Positions 52,658 to 63,090 are shown, counted from the stretch's first letter. The stretch is 64,000 bases of DNA from an uncultured Fibrobacterota bacterium (GCA_963753345.1 CAVWBU010000026.1:64001-128000); one strand, 5' to 3'. The notes: generated by a model from the letters alone, not told the origin. Numbers and translations are program-made.

Positions 52658-55600
52658 TCAGTATACGTCGAGATATGCCTCGCCGGTGATCCCCGAAGCG
52701 CGACCGTTCATCCTGATCACATTATCCATGGTGTTCACGACGGTCACCGCAAGTTCGTTCCGCTTCGACGAGCACGCCTCGGTGATGTCCATCTCGATGG
52801 GCTGCCACACAAACGACCCGAGTATCACGCCGTTGAGCGACACCGAAACGGGGCCCGACACCTGGGAAAACTTGAGCACGAGCCTGTTGTAGTCGCTCGG
52901 GATTTCGAAGACCTGACGATACGTCCCGCTCCCGCTCAGATAGGGATAGCCGTACTTTGTCCACGAGTCGTGGCCCGCCATGGTTTCCTGTGTGTCAATC
53001 ACCCAGCCGCTCGATCCCTTGGCGATGTTGAACGCGCCCGCGATAAGGGGCGGATACGTGATGGCCGCCGGGTCGAACACAAACCCGAGCGTCCGGATGG
53101 AAATCCGGTTGAGGCCCTTCCGCAGGTACTCCTTGATGGTGAAACAGGGCGCGCTTGCGCAATAGAAATCGAGGCAGGGCTTGCAGGCATGCTGCGCGGA
53201 AACGGACGCAGACGGCGCGTACCCCGGCAGCGGCGGCACGGAGGGGGCGGGAGCAGGGAACAGCGACAGGATGCCCGCGGCGTCCTGGAAGCACGTCTCG
53301 TTGATGCGCGTGCCGTTGATATTCACTTCGAGCGCCTTCTCGCTAATTGACAGATCGGAAGTCGCGCCGGTCATGCCGCAGAGGGACATGATGCACACCG
53401 GCGGCAGTTCCTTCACTTCGAAATAGGCCTCGTAGAAATGCGAGTACCCGCCCGATTCCCTCGACAGCCCGATGCGCGTGCTCCATGAGGCCAGCGGCAT
53501 CGGATTGAGCGAAGCGGCCGCAAACTGCCACTGGTCCTTGAGAACGATCCGGTAGTTGCGCTGAACCGTGCCGATCGCGTTGATGGCCGGCCGCTTGCCT
53601 TTTGCGACCGGCGACACGTTCATTTTCTGGGCCGAAGCCGCGATGAAGTAGGTCTGCCGCGGCGAGAAATTGAGATTGATCCTGCACAGGTCGTCTTTTC
53701 TCTGTATGTCCAGGATTTCGTGGGTTTCGCCCGAAGCGCAGTCGATCCAGTAGAAGTGTCTCTCCTCGGGCACTTCGACGGCGGCGAAATAATCCTGCGC
53801 GTCCGATTTGTTCTGCAGCACGTACACGGTCTGGGCCGCCGCGCTTCCGCAGCCCGCCACTATGTCGGGGCATTTTTTGCCCTGAACGGTGACCGAAACG
53901 GCGGAGGTGACATGCGCAAGCATGCTTTCGAGGTCCTTGGCCGGCGATACGAACACCCTGCCCGATCTTGAACGCAGGATCCTGTTGACGCGCGCGGTGA
54001 ACGACGGCGTCATGCCGTCGTCAACGGTTCCCTGCGGCGCCTCCTCGATGAAAACGATGGTCGATTTTTTGGAGGCCATCCGTTCCAGATAGACAAAGAG
54101 GTTCTTTGAAACGAGCCTCGAATAGGGAATGATAACCGCCTGGTAATTGCCCTTCCGCACCTTGCTCGGCGAATTGAACTCGCCGTTTGAAAACAGCGAG
54201 CACGACAGGAGCTGGTCTTCACTCACGATGTCGAAGTCGAGGTTGAGGCGCGCAAGCTCGTCCATGGTCTTGTGAAGCGCGAGCATTCCTTTGCGCACCG
54301 GATCGTCGTTACTGGGAAGGTAGTCCGCCACAAGGGACTCGGTCGGCATGAGGATGGCCACCTGCCGGGAAAGCTGGAGAGGCGCAATCAGTTTCTTCAC
54401 GCGCGCCGCGTACTCGGTGAGGGCCTGTGCATGGTGGGCGCCCGGCGTGTACCGCGACAGGTTATAGGGCGTCGAGATGCAGCTGCGGTGGTCCACCGAG
54501 AAAAAGCATCCGTCAAGTAGTATCCGGGAAGGCCCGGCGAGAGCGGCTTGGTCAATTTCGCTTCTCAGGTTCTGGAACGTAGCGGCGTTTCCCTGGCGCG
54601 ACCTTCCGATGACGGTGATGGTCTCCCGTTTGAACTCCCTTGCGTTGGCGTCCGCCATCGCCCGGACGGTTCCGGCGTTCTCCTCGCTTCCTTCCTGGTT
54701 TTGAATGCCCACGGCGGTGAAATTCTGATCGGGTATCACGAGACAGTCGCGGAGCATGTTCGCGGATTTCTGCACCGGCCGTTCGGGACACAGCACCCAG
54801 TGGGAAAGGCGGTACTTCTTGCACCATCTGTCAAGGACAAGCGTGAAGCGTTCGTGAAGCGACTGCACCATGAACGAATAGACATGGGGCCGGTTTCGGG
54901 CCTCACGCGCTTCACAGGTGAAGAACAGGCTTGGAAGAAGCGGGACAAGATTTTTCTTGTACTTTGACCGGTATTTCACGACGAGATCGTCGTCCCACGG
55001 GATCGCATTGTCTGCCGGCAGGCACGCCGGAACTTCGCTGATGAATCCTTCGAAGGTCGTCGGCATATATCGGGAGAATTTGCGTTTGAATGATTCCCAC
55101 ACCTTGTCGGTGTACAGGCGCGCGGTCTGCTCCCGGAAGACGTTGGGAGCGTAGTGTCCGAGGGGATCCATCGCGTATTTTTTTCTGAAGATCATCACCT
55201 GCCACTGGCCCGCGGGCGCTCTCCATGAAAGCATATTCGTGTCGGAGGGAATGGCAAATGTTTTTGTTCTGGAGGATATGAGCCTTTCGTTTTCGACTTT
55301 GGCGATCTGGACGATTGCCGTTGAGGGATCGGCAATTTTTTTCTCGTACAGAGTTTTACTGGGGATGATCTCGATATGCTCGAGCACAAGGCATTGAGAA
55401 CGGATGTGCCTGTTGACCTGGGCAAGACGGTCGAGGGCGTCATGTGAGGGCACCGAGAAATCTTCGGCGAAGCGTATCCCTATCTTGGCTTTTTGCGCAA
55501 TCTGAAGCGCGCCGTTGAAGAGATCGAAGAATTCCTCGGAAAGGAAGGATGGAGTCATATCTCTTCCGGCCTTGATGGCCACGCCGCCGAAACCTTTTTC

Positions 55601-55771
55601 AATAAGGAAATTGAGCTGTTTGGCGACCTCTTCCCGGGTTATGCAGAGGTTCCAGATCCACATTGCCCAAGGTTTAAGTTCCCGGGGAAAGCTTACTGCC
55701 TGAGGGGCAGGCTTTTGAGCCGGATGATGGGGATGTGCTGTCTTTGGGTGATGTCTTGCCGTCTTACTCAA
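52658..55771 (-). CDS. GH106-like glycoside hydrolase homologue, cytoplasmic, with degenerate motifs
   Basis: WAMWIWN...GFGGV...FLSEEFF barrel start; VAILMP/DFDIVSED domain; C-terminal GYPYLSGSGTY...NELAVTVVNT sugar-binding domain; no signal peptide. Confidence 0.7.
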   Translation of the reverse strand: MSKTARHHPKTAHPHHPAQKPAPQAVSFPRELKPWAMWIWNLCITREEVAKQLNFLIEKGFGGVAIKAGRDMTPSFLSEEFFDLFNGALQIAQKAKIGIRFAEDFSVPSHDALDRLAQVNRHIRSQCLVLEHIEIIPSKTLYEKKIADPSTAIVQIAKVENERLISSRTKTFAIPSDTNMLSWRAPAGQWQVMIFRKKYAMDPLGHYAPNVFREQTARLYTDKVWESFKRKFSRYMPTTFEGFISEVPACLPADNAIPWDDDLVVKYRSKYKKNLVPLLPSLFFTCEAREARNRPHVYSFMVQSLHERFTLVLDRWCKKYRLSHWVLCPERPVQKSANMLRDCLVIPDQNFTAVGIQNQEGSEENAGTVRAMADANAREFKRETITVIGRSRQGNAATFQNLRSEIDQAALAGPSRILLDGCFFSVDHRSCISTPYNLSRYTPGAHHAQALTEYAARVKKLIAPLQLSRQVAILMPTESLVADYLPSNDDPVRKGMLALHKTMDELARLNLDFDIVSEDQLLSCSLFSNGEFNSPSKVRKGNYQAVIIPYSRLVSKNLFVYLERMASKKSTIVFIEEAPQGTVDDGMTPSFTARVNRILRSRSGRVFVSPAKDLESMLAHVTSAVSVTVQGKKCPDIVAGCGSAAAQTVYVLQNKSDAQDYFAAVEVPEERHFYWIDCASGETHEILDIQRKDDLCRINLNFSPRQTYFIAASAQKMNVSPVAKGKRPAINAIGTVQRNYRIVLKDQWQFAAASLNPMPLASWSTRIGLSRESGGYSHFYEAYFEVKELPPVCIMSLCGMTGATSDLSISEKALEVNINGTRINETCFQDAAGILSLFPAPAPSVPPLPGYAPSASVSAQHACKPCLDFYCASAPCFTIKEYLRKGLNRISIRTLGFVFDPAAITYPPLIAGAFNIAKGSSGWVIDTQETMAGHDSWTKYGYPYLSGSGTYRQVFEIPSDYNRLVLKFSQVSGPVSVSLNGVILGSFVWQPIEMDITEACSSKRNELAVTVVNTMDNVIRMNGRASGITGEAYLDVY

Positions 55772-56102
55772 AGGATTCCTCTTCTGAAGGAGGTGATTTC
55801 CGTCATGGAATATGAATGGCTTTTCAATATATATATAAGCATTTCATCCGTCAAGCAAATACTCGCTATTTAAATGACGCTTAAGTGTTGCAACTTACTG
55901 ATTTAATGGCAGATGAAGAGGAAAAACAAATCATGAATTAATTAAGCTTTCGGTGTCTATTCTGGAAGAAGGTGTTAGCAAGTTTGAGAAAATTGAAGAA
56001 TCTGTGATCGCGGTGTTTCATTACGAAACGCAGGCTTGCCGATGACACTCTTTGGCAGGCTTCGGGGATGAAAATCTTTGATGCAGATGATTTGAAGATC
56101 TT

Positions 56103-57563
56103 TCAGTCCTCTGCATTCTCACAGCTGCGGGCATCAGACAAATCGCAGGAATCTGTTTGTTCTAAATTGCGGAAAAGGAGGGATTTCTTAAGGGCTTCGT
56201 TCTTATCGAAATCCGGATCCGGTTCAAGCTCGGCTCTTTCATCATCCTCGGGTAAATCATTATTGAAATCCGGCAATGGCGAATCTGGTGATGCCTCCAG
56301 GTCCGGATCAAAAGCTTCGGGCCCGCACATCCATCCGCTCGCGCCGTATCCCGAATCGGTGGCATAGTTGTCCGCTGCAAGGGACGCGAAATTCACGCGG
56401 GCTTCGACGACTCCCTCGCATCCTTTGCCCGCGGCCCTGGCATTGTCCGCGATCAGGTGTCCGGCAATGCTGGCGTGCGGCCTGTTGCACCTGCATGGAT
56501 CCCCGTCGCCGAAGAAGAGATTGGACTTGACAATTGCAGAAGTCGCCGGTTCGATGCCGATCCCTGCGCAGACCCCGGGGTTGTTCCTGGACCAGCCGGC
56601 GCAGGTATTGTTTTCCACCATGATATTCTGCGTCGCTGCGCCTTCGCCGCCTTTTTTTTCCATGATCAGGATCGATTCGGCGCAGCATCGTATGATGCAG
56701 TTGTTCGAAACCGTGTGGCCCCTGCCCGCAACCCGGATTCCCAGGCCGCAGTCCACGATCCGGTTGTCGCCTATGATGCTGCCTTCGCCGGCCGCAACGG
56801 ATATTGCGTGCCCGGGGCAGTTGGTGACCACATTGCCTTTCACCAGCGTGTCGCCGCATTTCACCATGATTCCTTCGGTAGCGCAGTTGTCAATCACATT
56901 GTACTCGATGCGGTGACCATGCTGGTTCGCCGCATCGTCCTGCGTGCCCGCGAGGATGCCGTAATCGTAATTGGCGAACCGGTTCCTGCGCGCAATAATG
57001 TTGGTTATCAGCCTGCCTTCATGCAGGTCGCCTTCGGAAATCATGAGGCCCACGCTCATGGCGCCGGGGTCTTTTCCCCGCCCGCTGGAAATTGCGGAAC
57101 GTGCGAAATCGCAGGACTCGACGATGTTGCATGCCCCGCCCGAGCCGCCGAAAAACAGCGTGCAGGAGGCCGCGCGCTGTCGGCCGCAGTTTTCGAACCT
57201 GACGTGTTCGAACCTGTTCCGCTCGCACGTTCCCATCACGGAGATCGCACCCTGCGGTGCGTCCCTGAAGGTGAGGCCCGAGACAATCAGATCGCTCACG
57301 TCGTATAAATACCAGCAGCCGCCGAGGATGACCGCCTTGGTTTCCTCTGCGGACGCGATGCGGATAGGCAGATCGATGGAACCGGAGCACTGGATGGTTG
57401 CGTCGCCCGGATAGGTTCCTTCCGTAAGGACAATGGTGAACCCGGGCCGCGCTCTCGACAGGGCGTCGTGTATCCGGCCGAACGGCTCTTCAAAGCTTCC
57501 GTTGCCTGCTGTTTTGCCGCGCGGGGCAACCCACAGGATGTTGGGATCGTTCGGGGAGTACAT
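56103..57563 (-). CDS. Right-handed beta-helix protein (PL6/chondroitinase B-like), cytoplasmic, Cys-rich, acidic tail
   Basis: GNGSFEEPF, PGFTIVLTEGTY, EGIMVKCGDTLVKGN, GIRVAGRGHTVSNN; no signal peptide. Confidence 0.7.
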   Translation of the reverse strand: MYSPNDPNILWVAPRGKTAGNGSFEEPFGRIHDALSRARPGFTIVLTEGTYPGDATIQCSGSIDLPIRIASAEETKAVILGGCWYLYDVSDLIVSGLTFRDAPQGAISVMGTCERNRFEHVRFENCGRQRAASCTLFFGGSGGACNIVESCDFARSAISSGRGKDPGAMSVGLMISEGDLHEGRLITNIIARRNRFANYDYGILAGTQDDAANQHGHRIEYNVIDNCATEGIMVKCGDTLVKGNVVTNCPGHAISVAAGEGSIIGDNRIVDCGLGIRVAGRGHTVSNNCIIRCCAESILIMEKKGGEGAATQNIMVENNTCAGWSRNNPGVCAGIGIEPATSAIVKSNLFFGDGDPCRCNRPHASIAGHLIADNARAAGKGCEGVVEARVNFASLAADNYATDSGYGASGWMCGPEAFDPDLEASPDSPLPDFNNDLPEDDERAELEPDPDFDKNEALKKSLLFRNLEQTDSCDLSDARSCENAED

Positions 57564-57598
57564 AGTCGGCAGGGCGGTACAGAGTGAAAGGGGCTGTA

Positions 57599-57982
57599 CT
57601 ATTTCCCGCGCTCCTTATCGCTCTCTTTCTTGTCTTCCTTGTCTTTTCCCATGAACTGCGAGACTTTCTTGATGAGTTCGGGCGCCAGCGCGAGGATCTT
57701 TGCGAGTCCCGGATCCGATTTGGAAACCGGATGCACCTCCACCTTGTCGTTGACGATGGTGATGAACGCAACGGGCGTGATGTTGATCCCGCCGCCCGTG
57801 CCCGCGCCGGATCCCGCCTTGTTCTCGCCGCCGGCGCCGCCCGCGGCGAAGCCGACCGAAATCCTCGATACGGGAATGAGGGTGACCTCTCCGGCGCGGA
57901 TCGGCTCGCCGATCACGGTTTCCGTTTTGGCAATGTACTGGATCTGGTCCATTGCGGTTTTTATGACGTCGGTGAGGTTCAT
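57599..57982 (-). CDS. GerW/YtfJ family protein
   Basis: TVIGEPI..GEVTLIPVSRISVGFAAGG...GGGINITPVAF. Confidence 0.9.
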   Translation of the reverse strand: MNLTDVIKTAMDQIQYIAKTETVIGEPIRAGEVTLIPVSRISVGFAAGGAGGENKAGSGAGTGGGINITPVAFITIVNDKVEVHPVSKSDPGLAKILALAPELIKKVSQFMGKDKEDKKESDKERGK

Positions 57983-58019
57983 GAGTGCGCTCCTTGAGGC
58001 TTTTATCTATTTTAAAACT

Positions 58020-58883
58020 ATGTGTTGCGCAGCGCCCGCAAAACAAAAACAAACGGCCGCGATACAGGGTGTGTTCCTCGGTTGCTTTCTTGCAATTTCC
58101 GCCTGCGGCCAGACCGATTCCGGGGTGCGCATCAGCGAACTCTTCCCCCGCGCCCAGGCCGATTGCCCGGAGTGGCTCGAACTGGCCAACACCTCAAACG
58201 CGCCTGTCAACCTGCGGAACTGGAAATACGGGCATCCGGACGACACCTGCCTCATTTCAGCGGTAGATTTTGTGATTCCGGCCGGCGGATTTGCCGTACT
58301 CACCAAAGACAAGACGCTCTTTTCCTCGAAATATCCGGCGGTGGCTCTGGTCGTTCAGCCGGTGCGATGGAAAACCATGGACAATTATCACGATACGCTT
58401 CTTGTATGGGACAGTTCGGGCGTTCTTCGTGAAAATGCGGGCTGGGACTATCGCTGGTTTGATTCGTGGACAAATCAGTCCCTCTCACGTGTTTCGTTTT
58501 CGATAAGCGGCCTCGCGAAGCAGGCATGGGTCGTTGCGGCCACGCCATCGCCCGGCCAGCCGAATGCCGAAGCGCTGTGGAGGGCCGGCGGCGCCTCGCT
58601 TGACATAGGGCCCATCCCCTTCACGCCGAACAACGACGGCAGAGACGACTATCTGTCAATACGCGTGTCGTTGCCTGCTTCGGCCACGGCGGTGGTGAGC
58701 ATATATGGGTTTGACGGAAGGAAATACCTCGACCTGCCCCAGCCGCCGTCACCCCAGTACCTCTGGAACGGCACCCTCGCCTCCGGCGGCCCCGCGCCTG
58801 TGGGCCCTTTCTTTGTTGTTGCCGAAATAACGTGCAACGGGACAAATCAGGTGCTTCGGAAGAAAGGCGTGCTGTGGAGATGA
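58020..58883 (+). CDS. Lamin-tail-domain protein with type-B (CHU_C/gliding)-like CTD
   Basis: RISEL...EWLELAN...NLRNW; TPSPGQPN; PFTPNNDGRDD...IYGFDGR...WNG. Confidence 0.75.
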   Translation: MCCAAPAKQKQTAAIQGVFLGCFLAISACGQTDSGVRISELFPRAQADCPEWLELANTSNAPVNLRNWKYGHPDDTCLISAVDFVIPAGGFAVLTKDKTLFSSKYPAVALVVQPVRWKTMDNYHDTLLVWDSSGVLRENAGWDYRWFDSWTNQSLSRVSFSISGLAKQAWVVAATPSPGQPNAEALWRAGGASLDIGPIPFTPNNDGRDDYLSIRVSLPASATAVVSIYGFDGRKYLDLPQPPSPQYLWNGTLASGGPAPVGPFFVVAEITCNGTNQVLRKKGVLWR

Positions 58884-59731
58884 TGTTTCGTTCCGCCTGC
58901 GCCGCCGCAGCAGTCCTTGGCATCTTTCTGCCAGCCTTCCCGGCAACCCGCGAGCCGTTTCCCCTCGGATACTCCATGGCAAACGCAGGTACTATTCTGC
59001 AGCAGAAGGGGATTTCGGGACGCGAGGGCTTTACTCCTGCGTGCTTCTACGCCGATTCGTTCCGCTACGGCGTTTCTCTGGCCGGGGTGGATTACTTCGA
59101 CCCCATGGATAATTTGGAATCCTCGCGCATCTATCAGGTCGCCGTAGGCGGCTTCTATTCCCTCCGCGGGTGCACGGCCAAGCTTTCCGTTGAGCATTTC
59201 GACGCGCTTGGCGTGTATTTCGAGCAGGAGGGCGCGCTGTCGCTGGGCACAACGCTTGTCCCCTTTGTCAATCCTTCCGTGGAATTGTGTGGCTACCGCG
59301 CGGGCCTGTACCGTGGAGACGACCCCGCCCAGACCCACGCCGACCTGGGGATTTCGGCCATGGCGCCCTTCCGCCTTGCCGCGGTGTCGTTCGGGTGCTC
59401 CCACATTCCGGTCAAGAAAGCGGGCATCGACGGCTTTTACTCGCCGCTGACCCTGCATGCGGGCGTGCACTCGACCGCCAATGCGTTCGGCAGCCAGGGC
59501 ATTGTGTGCGAGGCCGACAACGACGGCGGGTGGAAATTCCGTCTGTCAATAGGCGAGGAGTACTGGCTGTTCCGCGCATTCGCGATCTCGGCGGCGTTCA
59601 CCACCAATCCGGTGATCGTGAGCTTCGGCGTCACGGTCGCGTGGAAGGCCGCTGTGGTGAGCGCGGGGTTTGTGGACCATCCAGTGCTGGGATGGAGTAA
59701 GGGGCTGGCGGTGGATTGGGCGGGGAAATAA
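58880..59731 (+). CDS. Putative outer-membrane beta-barrel (PorV/PorP/PorQ-like)
   Basis: Signal peptide; amphipathic strands; DHPVLGWS near the C-terminus; coupled to the CTD-bearing gene. Confidence 0.55.
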   Translation: MMFRSACAAAAVLGIFLPAFPATREPFPLGYSMANAGTILQQKGISGREGFTPACFYADSFRYGVSLAGVDYFDPMDNLESSRIYQVAVGGFYSLRGCTAKLSVEHFDALGVYFEQEGALSLGTTLVPFVNPSVELCGYRAGLYRGDDPAQTHADLGISAMAPFRLAAVSFGCSHIPVKKAGIDGFYSPLTLHAGVHSTANAFGSQGIVCEADNDGGWKFRLSIGEEYWLFRAFAISAAFTTNPVIVSFGVTVAWKAAVVSAGFVDHPVLGWSKGLAVDWAGK

Positions 59732-59754
59732 AAATCAAATTCAAATTAAAAATC

Positions 59755-59839
59755 TGGAAGGGCCTCGCCGGCCCTTATACCCGGCAAGGAAAATGCTTAT
59801 TGTAGCCCGCCCTCCAAACCTCCCCCGCCGGGGAGGCTT
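59755..59839 (+). repeat. Intergenic repeat, family D, copy 2
   Basis: GGAAAATGCTTATTGTAGCCCGCCCTCCAAACCTCCCCCGCCGGGGAGGCTT. Confidence 0.75.
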
Positions 59840-60040
59840 TTGAAAGTAACTATGTCGTGTTTGGAAAATCGAATGAAAATCAAACCAATTCAAATGATGA
59901 ACCTGATTGTATTACCTTCACTATGTTCCGGAGAAAAACATATACGACTACTACCACATTTGGACCGCGACTTTGACTGCATACACATGACAGGAGCGGA
60001 GGCCTTGCCAATCCATTTCTCGGTTGCTATAGGGAAAAGA

Positions 60041-60067
60041 TGGACTCCCGCTTTCGCGGGAGTGACA
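60041..60067. repeat. REP-like palindrome (GTCA-CTCCCGCGAAAGCGGGAGTCCA type)
   Basis: TGGACTCCCGCTTTCGCGGGAGTGACA. Confidence 0.6.
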
Positions 60068-60108
60068 TGAAAAGAAAGCTTCATGAATAAAGAGAGGTTC
60101 CTTGAAAG

Positions 60109-60136
60109 AAAAGGCCCGGAGATTCCGGGCCTTTTT
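60109..60136. terminator. Bidirectional intrinsic terminator
   Basis: AAAAGGCCCGGA-GAT-TCCGGGCCTTTTT. Confidence 0.8.
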
Positions 60137-60160
60137 CATTACTGCGTTTCAACAGTACCT

Positions 60161-61820
60161 TCACTTCACCACGACAAGCCGCCGCGCGATTGTCTGCTCG
60201 CCGTCTCGGGCGACAACCAGGAAGATCCTCACCGAAAGCCGTTCTTCTTGGGGCGGCTTCCAGGTCATTTCATTTTGCAAAGAGATTGAACCTGCGCAAC
60301 GTCCCTCCAGGTCATACAGCGACACGACAACCGGCCTGCTGCATTCAAATCGTATCGTCCCGCCTGCTGCAAACACGGAGAACCGCGGCAAACTTGCTTT
60401 TCGGGAAGGCCCGTACGAACCCGGCAGCGAAACGGACGAAGACGCCACCACGCAGGAACCGAGCGTGAGCCAGCCGGCCGTGTCCTGGGCCCAGGAACTG
60501 TTGGAAAAGCAGAGCGTCTTGCCGTTGGTCAAGGGATTGACCGCGCGCATAAGAACGGTATAGTTCCCGGCCGCCAGGCCGTGCGGATACTGCGCTAACG
60601 AAAAGGCGACGTCGGTGTTTCTGTCAATCACCGAGGTAAGCTTCCAGGCCGTGGGCCAGATGGCGGTAAGATGCCTGCCGCTGTCGAGCATGGCGATCTG
60701 CACCGGCCAGTCGTAGTAGAACGGTGCGACCCCGCGGTTTTGGATTTTAATCGAAACCAGCAGGGAATCCGACCGGACCGTGTCCGGAAGGTTTACCGAC
60801 GAAACAAACAGGTCGTACCCCATCCGCATGCTGCCTGCAAGAGCGCGGGTGTGCTCGGTACCGCTGTTGCCCGGTTCGAAAAGCGCGTGAGCGATCATCC
60901 AGCTTGCATGCGTTGTGTCCACCGCGGCGTTGAAGCACTGCGGGCTTCCGTCGCCGCCGGTCACGCATTGGTCGGCGCTTTGCCATGTTGTCAATTGAAT
61001 CTCCGGCCGGAGCTCGCCGCCGATCGCCTCGTTCCGCCACTTGTCCTGGCAGCCCGCAGCCACGATTGAGGGCCAGAAGAACCAGGATGTGGCGCCGTAG
61101 GTTTCGTAATTGAAAGAGTCGTCGTGGTAGCCGATCGACCGGGCGGCGGGGTTGGTTCCCTTGGGGAGACGCATCAGGATCTTTGTGTTTGTAAAGGACG
61201 AGTCAAAAGCGCCCAGGACCTCGTCCTGCGTTGCCGTCGTCGGCATCCAGGTGTCGCAATTGCAGCTTGGACGGTACGTGTGCCATTCGCCCCAGAATCC
61301 GATCAGGCCCACCGTGATGAACCCGATGCGCGGGTCGCCGTCGTAGCGCTTCCCAAGGGCCACGATCAAATTATGCATGGCGCGCCGCAGGTCCGCATTA
61401 TCGTAGTCGGGCGAGAAACTCGTGGTATTGCCATAGTCGGTGTAGCTGTTTTTCGGCACGCCGGACAGAAATGCCGGCACGCCGTAAGGCTCCGTCGGAT
61501 AGTCGGCGTAAATCCGGAAGACCAGGTGATGGCCGCGTCCCGCGACCTCATTCAGAAGGTTGTCCAGAGGAGCCCAGGTGAAGGTGGTCATAATCTGTTT
61601 GTAAATCCTTCCAGGCCAGGTATTGCCATTCCATGCTGTACGGAAACGTTGTGAAACTGCCGTGATAGGGCATGAAACCCTTGAGCGGGTTGTCAACGGG
61701 TCCTGCTTTGTAGGTCTGGGAAATCCAGGCCGCGGAGGATTGTATCGGACTCGTGATCAAGAGGAACAGGCACAGCAGGAAAATTGCCGCGAGGCTTTGT
61801 GTGATTTCCCGATTATGCAT
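60161..61820 (-). CDS. Secreted DUF4832/GH42-like TIM-barrel glycoside hydrolase with CTD, +1 frameshift at about 61587
   Basis: Signal peptide and DNPLKGF in ORF 61548..61886; YDGDPRI, GFWGEWH, IGGE, NRGVAPFY and the CTD LYDLEGR in ORF 60161..61696. Deleting one C from GACCACC gives DYDTFTWAPLD. Confidence 0.8.
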
Positions 61821-62716
61821 AACAGCCTCCGGTAATAATCGTGGCACGGTTCCCGGTCGAAACTTTTTTCGCAAATCCGGAGTCATTCACAATACAAGCG
61901 TCTCGAACTTTTTTCGCCGGCGCGTACCAGAAGTAGCTGCACCCCGCGCTTTCCGACGTGACGGTCACGAGAATTCGTCCCTTGAAGCGCGCAAGGTATC
62001 GCTTGATCTCTTTCTTCCCGTTATACAGCTTCTTGATATCCGGCGAAACCAGGCGCAGCGACGCCTTGAACGGGGACAGCCTGATCGCCGTTGTGACGTT
62101 GTTGTAGACGTCGAACAGCGGCAAATCCCTGTCGGGTGCGAATGATGCCCGGCTTTCCTTGTCGTATATCGTGTCGTTTCCGCTGATAATGACATGGCGA
62201 ATAAGCACTCTGTTTTCCGCCTGCATGATGGTCGTGACGCATTTATCCTTTTTCCCGTCGCCGGTGTAATCGATCCGGTCGACTATCGTGGTGTCAAACG
62301 CCGCATCCGACCTGGAAAATGCCTTCACGGAATCGTAATGCTGCCGGTCCGTTGCCGTCATCTTCTGCAGATAAGTTTCGTACGCCTGGATGGAACTGAC
62401 GACTTCGCGTTCCGTCTTCGAGAGGGACGCCTCGTTGAACGCGGGGGAGGGATGGTACCATTCGCATTTGACGGAAGTGCTCCTGCAAATCTTTCGACTC
62501 GAAGATTCTCCCGTGCCGCGCATAGATTTCGTTGCGAAGAAGCCTGAGTTCGCCAAGGGCCGAGTCGGAGAAGAAGGCGGCTTCAATCCGTTTTTCGAAT
62601 GTTGCTTTATTAAGCGCAGGCGGCCCGGGAGGCACAGGTTCCTCGCGGGAGCAGGAAAAACCTATGATTACAAGCGGAAGCACTAACAGGTATATCGGAT
62701 GATTTTTCAATTTCAT
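61813..62716 (-). CDS. YARHG-domain lipoprotein, frameshifted at about 62473 and possibly 61910
   Basis: Lipobox GFSC and LRNEIYARHGRIF in ORF 62294..62716; continues as CEWYHP in ORF 61813..62586. Confidence 0.75.
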
Positions 62717-62842
62717 TTTTATTCTGTCCGATCTTCATAATAATACAACGAGCCTGATGAGGAATCAAATTTCTGGAGCTTGGATGATGGGACGTTCATG
62801 GAAATGCATCAGGCATTTAGCTTCTGTTCGTATTCGTATGAC

Positions 62843-62878
62843 CTCACCCCCGACCCCTCTCCGCCAGGAGAGGGGAGA
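62843..62878. repeat. REP-like hairpin (CTCACCCC..CCCCTCTCC..GGAGAGGGGAG)
   Basis: Stem CCCCTCTCC/GGAGAGGGG. Confidence 0.55.
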
Positions 62879-62984
62879 AATCCCGCATATTGTCAAGTGG
62901 TAGAGGGCTCGCGGCAGGGAACAGTAATCCGCGCGTTAGGCCGGAACGGCGGGCGCGCTGGAGCGCGATGCTGCCCGGACTTTT

Positions 62985-63085
62985 AATTGTAGATTTTAGA
63001 TTGATGATTGTAGATTGAAAAAATATTCTGGTTGGTCTTCGCATTTCGCATTTCAAATCTACATTCTACAATCTACATTCTAAAA
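62985..63085. repeat. Degenerate heptamer tandem repeats in inverted arrangement
   Basis: TTGTAGA/TTTTAGA/TTGATGA units, then TCTACAT/TCTACAA/TCTAAAA. Similar short tandem repeats occur at about 7170-7195 and 30920-30952. Confidence 0.6.
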
Positions 63086-63090
63086 TTAAA

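Noticed and set aside
59840-60070. Short ORFs in the AT-rich spacer
   Set aside because: No RBS or recognisable motifs. Likely degraded sequence between repeats.
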